DNA of 11,940 nucleotides from NCBI GenBank assembly GCA_048938385.1, contig JBHLMG010000037.1:1-11940 (forward strand), in the 5' to 3' direction. Below the pieces are notes generated by a model. That model ran no database searches and had not been told where the DNA came from. It saw only the letters and a program-made list of their open reading frames with translations. The stretch is from Promethearchaeota archaeon (GTDB taxonomy: Archaea; Asgardarchaeota; Hermodarchaeia; Hermodarchaeales; Hermodarchaeaceae). The stretch's first letter is position 1, and each line of letters opens with the position of its first letter. Shown in pieces: positions 1-6,363 of this stretch. The translations under genes were made by a program, and so were the position numbers.

Positions 1-765
1 GATGGTGGGGGGCACTTGGATGAAGTCGGTGGGGTGGAAGCGGCCTTTCATGGTGCGGGGGAGCCATTGGTGGCTTGGGGCGGGTGGTTCTGGGGGGATG
101 CGGCGGGCGAGGTTGAGGAGGCCGGGGCGGGTGTGGTTGGTGCACCATTCGCGGATGTTGGTGACGGTTTTGTCGACTTGGGTGGCGAGGTCGGTGTAGC
201 TGTGGCCGCCTTCGGCGAGGTGGGTGAGGACTTGGAAGTACTTCGCGCATTGGGTGAGGCGATCTTGCTGTGCGGGGGAGGTGGTGAGGTATTGGGTGGG
301 GTAGTAGGTGGCGAGGCGCGTGTTGAGGTCGGGAAGGGCGTGGATGTGGGTGTTGGTGGCGTGGATGCGTCGGAGTTGGCGGTCAGCTTGGGTTTTGGCG
401 ATGGCGTGCTCAAGGTACCAGTAGAGGCGAGGGCGGCGAGCCTGGCGCAGATGGCGGTAGATGACATTGCGCTGAACTCCAAGGCTCCGGGAGAGGCGGG
501 CGATGTCGCCGTGGGCGAGGTGGGTTTTGCCGTGGAGCGCGTCGGTTAGGGTGAGGTGGCGTTCGGCGTGGGCGAGGAGTTGGGGGAAGCGTCGGTGGCG
601 TTGCAGGGCGGGGTATTCGGTGTCGAGGAGGTGGTGGAGGTGGGCAGCGCTGGTGATGGGGGTGTGGTGAATGTGGGGGTGCCACAGGTGAAGGGTTCGG
701 TCAGTGTCAGCGGTGTCGAGGGGACTGGTGGTGGGTGGTTCTCCTTGGGGGGTGGAGGGTGACAT
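1..765 (-). CDS. Partial (runs off the left edge) tandem-repeat protein with two HTH-like motifs; putative DNA-binding protein
   Basis: Stop-free frame from ATG 765 to base 1 (255 codons, absent from the ORF track): MSPSTPQGEP...TLHLWHPHIHHTPITSAAHLHHLLDTEYPALQRH...HGDIARLSRSLGVQRNVIYRHLRQARRPRLYWYL...GGHSYTDLATQVDKTVTNIREWCTNHTRPGLL...FIQVPPTI. Codons are strongly C-ending in this frame, and there is an internal ~103-aa repeat. Confidence 0.8.
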   Translation of the reverse strand, partial: MSPSTPQGEPPTTSPLDTADTDRTLHLWHPHIHHTPITSAAHLHHLLDTEYPALQRHRRFPQLLAHAERHLTLTDALHGKTHLAHGDIARLSRSLGVQRNVIYRHLRQARRPRLYWYLEHAIAKTQADRQLRRIHATNTHIHALPDLNTRLATYYPTQYLTTSPAQQDRLTQCAKYFQVLTHLAEGGHSYTDLATQVDKTVTNIREWCTNHTRPGLLNLARRIPPEPPAPSHQWLPRTMKGRFHPTDFIQVPPTI

Positions 766-845
766 GGCGTTCAGGGGGTTATTGGGGTTCCTTGCTTTTA
801 CTCGTGACAGAGGGATTTGGATAATTGAAGGTGGTTGAGGCTGGC
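652..845. repeat. Copy A of a ~190-bp diverged direct repeat (leader plus first 38 codons of gene 1)
   Basis: 802-830 matches 4446-4474 at 25/29 nt, and 652-684 matches 4296-4328 at 26/33 nt. The offset is constant at ~3644 bp. Outer boundaries are approximate. Confidence 0.85.
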
Positions 846-850
846 GTCGT

Positions 851-1162
851 CTAGTCTTCGGCTTCGATGCGGTCGAGGATGTCTTGGAATTGTGCCACGT
901 ACTTTTGGAAGGCGGTTTTTCCTTGCTCTGTGATGGTGATGACGGTGTGGGGTCGCCGTGGGAACAGCTGTTTGGTGAGGGTGACGTAGCCGGCTTTGGC
1001 GAGGCGTTGGAGGTGGTAGTCGAGGTTGCCGGGGGTGGTTTCGAGGAGTTTTTGGAGGACGGTGAATTTCACACGCTGATGGGTATGCAGGAGGAGCATG
1101 ATGGACAGGGGGATGGTGGGTCCGAAGAGGTTACCATTCGGGGAGCGGTTCTCCTGATTCAT
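851..1162 (-). CDS. Winged-helix transcriptional regulator (HTH_34 / MarR-ArsR-like)
   Basis: Motif IMLLL..HQRVKFTVLQKLLETTPGNLDYHLQRLAKAGYV..TK....RPHTVITITEQGKTAFQKY is typical of HTH_34 wHTH proteins. ATG 1162 is preferred over TTG 1180. It overlaps the 3' end of the upstream membrane gene. Confidence 0.88.
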   Translation of the reverse strand: MNQENRSPNGNLFGPTIPLSIMLLLHTHQRVKFTVLQKLLETTPGNLDYHLQRLAKAGYVTLTKQLFPRRPHTVITITEQGKTAFQKYVAQFQDILDRIEAED

Positions 1163-2081
1163 CGAATCCCTCACTGTCAATTCCTTTCTTACTGAATGAG
1201 TCTTCTAGCACTTGTTCGGCCCGGTTGTGAAGCTGCCATCCCGTGATGATGTAGACGCCGAGGGTTACGGCGAAGAGGGTGTTGAAGAGGATGAGGTAGA
1301 GATATTCTTGTATGAACTGCATCAGCTGGGGGACTTGGTAGACGACCCAAAATAGGGGGCCCATGATTAGGGCGATGGCGAGGTAGATGCCGAGGTGGGT
1401 GATGGCGAGAATAATGAGCGCTTTCTTTAGTTTCCGGAGTTCCGGGAATTCTGCTTTGGGGATGGCGCGCTGCAGGACACGCATGGTCCAAATCACTCCG
1501 ACCACGGGTCCAAAGAAGGGCGTAAGAATAATGGTTGAAACTATCAGGTAACCTACTAAGGCGGTGTATATTGGGACCAATAGTGGGTTATTGTAGTAAG
1601 GTGCCCAGCCACCAAAAGGGATGACCCCCCACACTTCCATCACGCGAAAGTGAAATTGCTCGTACAGTTGTACGACGATGAAGTTGTGAAAAGTGGTAAA
1701 GAACCAGATCCAGGACACCGAGGAGCCTAATCGCTGAGGCATCATGGGGTTCAGTTTTGCTGTTGGTTTCATTAGCGAGCGAACAGTGGGCAGGATGAGC
1801 GTCACGAAGACGAGGGCGAACACAAGAAACATTACTAATTGGATGTTCGTTGCCCAGAAGCTCGACGCGTACAGGCAATTATTCTCTTGGGCGCAGGGCA
1901 ATTCCAGCTGTTCAAACAGCGTCAAAAGGTACATGGCTAGGGCGACCATCACGCTGGGGGAAGTTAGGTAGAAGCCTACCCCCAGATAGACGATGAGCAT
2001 GCTCAATGCGCGTAACAGGCAGTATTCCTCGTATCGATACAGGTAGTGGAATGCCTCTCTGAAGGCGTCTTCGTGGGTCAT
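1131..2081 (-). CDS. Multi-pass membrane protein of unknown function (~6-7 hydrophobic segments)
   Basis: 316-aa ORF with repeated long hydrophobic stretches, an upstream TATA-like element and an overlap with the downstream wHTH gene, suggesting an operon. Confidence 0.82.
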   Translation of the reverse strand: MTHEDAFREAFHYLYRYEEYCLLRALSMLIVYLGVGFYLTSPSVMVALAMYLLTLFEQLELPCAQENNCLYASSFWATNIQLVMFLVFALVFVTLILPTVRSLMKPTAKLNPMMPQRLGSSVSWIWFFTTFHNFIVVQLYEQFHFRVMEVWGVIPFGGWAPYYNNPLLVPIYTALVGYLIVSTIILTPFFGPVVGVIWTMRVLQRAIPKAEFPELRKLKKALIILAITHLGIYLAIALIMGPLFWVVYQVPQLMQFIQEYLYLILFNTLFAVTLGVYIITGWQLHNRAEQVLEDSFSKKGIDSEGFDESGEPLPEW

Positions 2082-2113
2082 ATCCGCATCGGAAGAGAGG
2101 ATGGTGTTGCCTC

Positions 2114-2150
2114 TATTAAAACCCTAGATATTCTCTGGAACACAGAGGAA
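2114..2150 (-). promoter_or_regulatory. TATA-like box plus adjacent inverted repeat (candidate promoter/operator of the membrane-wHTH operon)
   Basis: Minus strand TTTTAATA at 2121-2114, starting 40 nt upstream of ATG 2081. CTCTG-N5-CAGAG at 2133-2147 lies just upstream. Confidence 0.45.
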
Positions 2151-2192
2151 CGAGAAGTCGACTTTTGAGTATTGAATTTCCTTCTACGCTGT

Positions 2193-2225
2193 CACGCCAT
2201 TCGTTAACGGGGTCGAATGGCGGTG
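2193..2225. other. GC-rich hairpin downstream of the 2245..3111 gene
   Basis: CGCCATTCG (2195-2203) and CGAATGGCG (2214-2222) form a perfect 9-bp inverted repeat with a 10-nt loop, extendable by one bulge. No U-tract follows. Confidence 0.55.
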
Positions 2226-2244
2226 CTGCGAAGGTGAGGTGAAA

Positions 2245-3111
2245 TTAGGTGTCGAATGTGAAGGAGTTGGAGATTGGTGCAAAGAAGACTGTGTCTTCGG
2301 TGTCGAAGTGTTTCTTTGCTGCGTAGGCGAGGAGGTCGTAGCGTCGCTGGTTGTGGGCGTAGGTGATCGATTGGCCTTGCATGTCTTGTCCAGATTTTTT
2401 GAAGTGGAAGGTGACTTTGCATCCCTTAATTTGGTTGTGCGAGTTCACGATATTTTCGGCTGAACCATGTTTGAATTGTGCAAACTGTGCATTAATTTGT
2501 TTCATGGTTTTCACGATGCCTTTCACCAAGTCAACTTGAACCGTTAGATCGTGGAGATTTATCTCGACTTCCGGTATTGGTGTAGCCATTACGAGCATAT
2601 AGGAACCTAGGAATTTGTTAATGAACTTGATGCCCGCTCCTCCTTCTCCGACCACCGTCCAATGCCGGACTAACGGATATTGGATGGTAAAACCATAGGT
2701 TGGATTAGTATAGCGTTTAGGGGCAGGGTGGGACCTAGAGGTTGTGCGTTGTTCGTGTTCAGCAAGGATTTTTTTAGCTTGAATTATCATACGGCGTTCC
2801 TTGCTAAATCGACCGTATTTCTTTTCGTCTTTGTCTGGTATTAGAAAGAGGAAGCACTTCGGACAGTAGATGTGGTTAATTCCGTGTTCCACGGCGGCGC
2901 CACCGCCAAATAGAACGACATCGTAGGTGGTGTGAGTGTATTCGTAAATCGGGAAGGTGCACTCGTTACAAATCGTTCCCTTACATTTTTCACAGGTTCT
3001 GTGGCGGTACCATTTGTATTTGCCAGATTCAAACAGTTCAGTGGCAGCGATTCGATCTGGATGAAACAAGCAGGGCTTCGGATCCTTGATCGGTTGTGGA
3101 CGATCAGGCAC
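2245..3111 (-). CDS. B-box-like zinc-finger protein with C-terminal PsbP/Mog1-like domain
   Basis: N-terminal CLFH...CEKC...ICNEC...YCPKC gives 8 potential Zn ligands. The C-terminal domain begins YTNPTYGFTIQYP..HWTV, as in PsbP-related domains. GTG start with AGGAGG at 3125-3120. Confidence 0.72.
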   Translation of the reverse strand: MPDRPQPIKDPKPCLFHPDRIAATELFESGKYKWYRHRTCEKCKGTICNECTFPIYEYTHTTYDVVLFGGGAAVEHGINHIYCPKCFLFLIPDKDEKKYGRFSKERRMIIQAKKILAEHEQRTTSRSHPAPKRYTNPTYGFTIQYPLVRHWTVVGEGGAGIKFINKFLGSYMLVMATPIPEVEINLHDLTVQVDLVKGIVKTMKQINAQFAQFKHGSAENIVNSHNQIKGCKVTFHFKKSGQDMQGQSITYAHNQRRYDLLAYAAKKHFDTEDTVFFAPISNSFTFDT

Positions 3112-3538
3112 GGCTCAACCCTCCTATTAAATACTAATAGCCACGAGCTTGGATTTAACTTGATGGTTTGATAGAGCAGGAGAATGAAGATTTTAACAAG
3201 GTAACGAGGTTGCCAATCACCTATTGTTGTTTTGGATACCTTGCAACAATGATCGCCTCTCTTGAGTTCTGTTCTTTCTACTCATGAGCCAATGTCGAAA
3301 TGCTAAAAATTCAAGAGCACTTTTGATAGAAGGTCATCCGATGATGTTGGTTTGTTTGATGATTTTGTAAACGATGTTCTTTGTTAATTATACTTGGAGC
3401 AATCACCAGGTCATACCTTGTTTTATCGTATTAATAACTCACTAGCCAGAGTACACAAATATTTTTATTTCCGCAGAAGAGAGATGAATTGCTCTTAACT
3501 TGAACATTAAGGGCAACAAACATCAGAGAGGAAATTGG

Positions 3539-4171
3539 ATGAAGAAAAGCTATCTTGTACCGGTAGGTATCCTACTGGTTGTCTTCTTTTTCAGCGCTTC
3601 TACGGTTTCTGCAGCAACATATCAAAAGACTGCTAAGATTTACACTATCACTCATTATGTTGGAACCAGCGATACGCTTTATGATATTCAAGTGAACGAC
3701 GGTGTCTACTATACCACTCGATATACCTGTCTAGGCTTCTATTGGGGCATTGGATGGGTGTATCGGATAGATTTTGAAGTCTGGCTTCGTACATCATGGT
3801 CAACCAGTATTTTAATTCCCTTAACTGTAACAAAAATCGAATGGGATGTCGATCAAGCTAACTGTCAATACTGGAACAATGAAGGCAAATATTGGGGGAC
3901 TTACTATGCTGATTGGGAATTTCACGCCTTAGATGTCGATGATTCGTCATTTACACAATCTTGGTATGAATACTACAAATCCTCTGTTGACAAAACTTTC
4001 ACACAAACACAAAATCTTGGAGACTCTTGGGAAATCGAAACAAGCGGTGAACAATGGCGAATTAGGGTTGGTTTTCGAATGGGTGCAACAGCAGTCTATG
4101 TGGTCCCTTTGGCAACCAGAACGAACATAGACACTATCAACGCTAAAATTACTTATACTTCCTTCTACTGA
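3539..4171 (+). CDS. Secreted, Trp/Tyr/Thr-rich, predicted beta-strand protein
   Basis: ATG 3539 gives a classical signal peptide MKKSYLVPVGILLVVFFFSASTVSA|A, with GAGG upstream. There is no further TM segment, and a terminator follows immediately. Confidence 0.85.
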   Translation: MKKSYLVPVGILLVVFFFSASTVSAATYQKTAKIYTITHYVGTSDTLYDIQVNDGVYYTTRYTCLGFYWGIGWVYRIDFEVWLRTSWSTSILIPLTVTKIEWDVDQANCQYWNNEGKYWGTYYADWEFHALDVDDSSFTQSWYEYYKSSVDKTFTQTQNLGDSWEIETSGEQWRIRVGFRMGATAVYVVPLATRTNIDTINAKITYTSFY

Positions 4172-4175
4172 CCAT

Positions 4176-4211
4176 AATCCCCGTGGAGCTACGGGGGTTT
4201 CTTTTTTTTTC
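4176..4211 (+). terminator. Hairpin plus long T tract terminator
   Basis: AATCCCCGTG-GAGC-TACGGGGGTT forms a 10-bp stem (two G-U pairs) followed by TCTTTTTTTTTT, starting 5 nt after the stop codon. Confidence 0.85.
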
Positions 4212-4283
4212 ACGAAACGGACTTATCTTACTTATGGGTCAGATTCTCTACTATTTTTGAGTGCTTTTTTCCATTTTGAAGAA

Positions 4284-4408
4284 TTAGATTTTGTGAGTGA
4301 TAGGGATGTGGTGAATATAGGAATGCCAGAAGTAGATGATGGTTTCCACAGTTGGGGTCGTGTGTTGGGTGTGGGAACTGGGATCACCGAAGGGGTAGAT
4401 GGTAATAT
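4284..4408 (-). pseudogene. 5' remnant of a paralog of gene 1
   Basis: Reads (ATA)LPSTP/-1 nt/GDPSSHTQHTTPTVETIIYFWHSYIHHIPITHKI* versus MSPSTPQGEPPTTSPLDTADTDRTLHLWHPHIHHTPITS. Trp is at codon 28 in both. The start is ATG->ATA, there is a 1-nt deletion, and TAA lies at 4286-4284. Confidence 0.8.
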
Positions 4409-4490
4409 GCGGTCCGAGAGGTTGTTAGGGGCTCTCTGTTTGCATTCGTGACAGAAGGAATTAGATGATTGAAGATTGTTGTTGCAGGTG
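4296..4490. repeat. Copy B of the ~190-bp diverged direct repeat
   Basis: Colinear with 652-845. Best block is TCGTGACAGAAGGAATTAGATGATTGAAG (4446-4474). Confidence 0.85.
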
Positions 4491-4501
4491 GTGTTAGGTC
4501 T

Positions 4502-4574
4502 TTGTTGACAATGTGAACATTCGATTTAGGGTTGGTTTTTATTAAATTAATGAATCTGAGCCCTTTGTCAACAT
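4502..4574. promoter_or_regulatory. Three palindromic WTGT-NN-ACAW boxes (candidate operators)
   Basis: TTGTTGACAA 4502-4511, ATGTGAACAT 4511-4520 and TTGTCAACAT 4565-4574, upstream of an operon encoding a wHTH regulator. Confidence 0.5.
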
Positions 4575-4628
4575 GAAGACTTGGTCGGTATAGCTTACTG
4601 GCAGGGTTAATGGGTTGTTCGATTGCAT

Positions 4629-4640
4629 CGAATTTTAAGG
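4629..4640 (+). promoter_or_regulatory. BRE/TATA-like promoter
   Basis: CGAA-TTTTAAGG, with TTTTAA starting 27 nt before ATG 4660. This spacing fits a leaderless archaeal transcript. Confidence 0.5.
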
Positions 4641-4667
4641 ATCAGGGTAGTCTAGCCCAATGGTGAT

Positions 4668-5789
4668 GTGTCCCGTATTCCCTGTTCTTTGGGGGGTGTT
4701 TCGATGCTGTGGACTTTGCTCATTTGCGTGGGCGTGTGGTTGAGGCTCCGAAAACAGGGGTGGAAGTGGCGGATCCTGGTGTTTCTGCTGGCTTGTACCC
4801 TCGCGGGGCTTTGTGCGTTTTTGAGTGTGTCGGTGGTAGTGGCACGGGTTCCGGTTGGAACGGACCAGACGGTGACCTATTTTGCTCCGGCGAGCTTCCC
4901 GTTGGCAATCGTGGGGTTTCATGATGCCGTAGCCCATAACTTCCTGTATCGGATTGTCCTGGGGTGGCCTGATGGATTGACGATATATGCTCCACCGTTG
5001 ACGGATGATCAATCCGAGTTCATGAGGTGGCAACGATACCGAGATGGGGCATTTATCGGAGTAATCACTGTGGTTTTGACATTCACGGTGCTTGTTCTAT
5101 GTGAGGTTATCCAGTTCCTGTGGATCCGCCATGGTCCTCGTCCTAAATCCCCGAAATCTCCTGTACGCGTACGGGTTATGAAAACCACGCGTTTACCACT
5201 ACCGGCTTTCACTCGACGATTGCGTCCTATCCTTCTAACTGGTGGGCTCATCCTTCTATTGGGTGGTGGGTTTCTGGTCTTTGTTCCCTTACAAGTCTCA
5301 ACTTCGAGTGATAGGGTATACTTTGAAATGGGAAACAGCCATCCCCCACATCTGGGAATCGGTCGAGGATTCACGGTGGGACAGACAGTAGAAGTTCTGG
5401 TCCAGTTCGATGCGGCTGCGTCAGTGGGGACGCGCCGTGTCTGGTTTGGAATCGAAGCGGGGCTACCGCAACATCATCAGCAATTGATAATATGGAGTGT
5501 TGTGAATCAGTCCCGGGTGACATTTACTTTTAGTAGTTGGGCAATTCCATTTCCTGCAATACTCATACAAGGTCTCCACATCGCTGTTTCCTACGAGGGA
5601 ACCAACTATGTGACCGGGAATGTGACTATCCTGACCTCTACCAGCGGTTTTGCAGCCCTTGGTGGCTTACTGTTTCTCCTCTCAAGTTTCCCCCTTTGGA
5701 GTTTTATCATTATCACAGTACTTCTCCTGCGCGAAGAACAACAAGAACTCCCCGACGACCTGATAACCAGCGAGAATCGGAGGAGCTAG
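4668..5789 (+). CDS. Multi-pass membrane protein with extracytoplasmic domains; start uncertain (GTG 4668, ATG 4704, or ATG 4660 via frameshift)
   Basis: 373-aa ORF with about 5 hydrophobic segments. The second half is TM, ~115-aa beta-rich loop, TM. It ends 12 nt before the wHTH gene. Confidence 0.78.
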   Translation: MSRIPCSLGGVSMLWTLLICVGVWLRLRKQGWKWRILVFLLACTLAGLCAFLSVSVVVARVPVGTDQTVTYFAPASFPLAIVGFHDAVAHNFLYRIVLGWPDGLTIYAPPLTDDQSEFMRWQRYRDGAFIGVITVVLTFTVLVLCEVIQFLWIRHGPRPKSPKSPVRVRVMKTTRLPLPAFTRRLRPILLTGGLILLLGGGFLVFVPLQVSTSSDRVYFEMGNSHPPHLGIGRGFTVGQTVEVLVQFDAAASVGTRRVWFGIEAGLPQHHQQLIIWSVVNQSRVTFTFSSWAIPFPAILIQGLHIAVSYEGTNYVTGNVTILTSTSGFAALGGLLFLLSSFPLWSFIIITVLLLREEQQELPDDLITSENRRS

Positions 5790-5801
5790 GAGGGAAGACT
5801 G

Positions 5802-6272
5802 GTGGTGGCGCAAAAACCGACAGGTGATATCGAGGCTGCTATCACCGGAACCACATTGCGTGTGTACACCTATCTGTACTTACATCCGGAGAACTGTGCA
5901 GGTCCTCGGGAAATCCAACGGGCATTGGGGTTCAAAAGCCCAAGCAGTGCCATTTTTCAGCTGGAGAAACTTCGGACCTGTGGTGTAGTTGATAAACGGC
6001 GAAGTGGCGATTATTACCTAGTGCACCCGGTGAGGATCGGGATCCTGCAGTACTTCGTGCGAATCAAAGGCACTTTGGTTCCACACACTTTCTTTTACGC
6101 GCTGTTGGTCTCAGTGGTTATCATCACACTCACAGGATTTCTCGTCCGATATGGAACCTTGGACATTCTCTTACCCATCGTTCCTTCAATAATCGCCTGC
6201 CTAGCCTTATGGTATGAAACCTACCTCACTTGGAGGCGAAGGCCGAGAATAAGACTTGGTGAAACAACATGA
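5802..6272 (+). CDS. Membrane-anchored winged-helix transcriptional regulator (archaeal type, N-terminal wHTH plus 2 C-terminal TM)
   Basis: ITGTTLRVYTYL...GPREIQRALGFKSPSSAIFQLEKLRTCGVVDK..GDYYL followed by two hydrophobic helices. AGGAGG precedes the GTG start. Confidence 0.85.
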   Translation: MVAQKPTGDIEAAITGTTLRVYTYLYLHPENCAGPREIQRALGFKSPSSAIFQLEKLRTCGVVDKRRSGDYYLVHPVRIGILQYFVRIKGTLVPHTFFYALLVSVVIITLTGFLVRYGTLDILLPIVPSIIACLALWYETYLTWRRRPRIRLGETT

Positions 6273-6316
6273 TTTCTAGATAATTTTCTTGAAGCTTAGT
6301 GAGGAAGTTGAACCCG

Positions 6317-6329
6317 AAAAAAAGGAAAA
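6317..6329 (-). terminator. Oligo-T archaeal-type terminator of the hydrolase gene
   Basis: TTTTCCTTTTTTT on the minus strand, ~35 nt after the stop at 6364, in a convergent intergenic region. Confidence 0.5.
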
Positions 6330-6363
6330 TTGAGAAGGGTGTGATAAATGAAACTGGCATTCG

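Noticed and set aside
2-762. ORF-track entries 2..199, 16..549, 48..482, 410..685 and 556..762, including a Pro/Thr/Ser-rich mucin-like ORF
   Set aside because: They are shadow or alternate frames of the C-biased minus-strand gene 765..<1. Their low complexity follows from the skew.
3500-3538. TTG start for the secreted protein
   Set aside because: ATG 3539 has an SD-like GAGG and yields a canonical signal peptide.
4176-4199. IS200/IS605-type end hairpin or REP element
   Set aside because: It is single-copy here with no tnpA/tnpB nearby. Its position right after a stop codon plus a T tract is fully explained by a terminator.
652-4490. DGR template/variable repeat pair
   Set aside because: Many differences are not at coding-strand adenines, there is an indel, the repeat covers the leader and 5' end rather than a 3' variable region, and no reverse transcriptase is present in the window.
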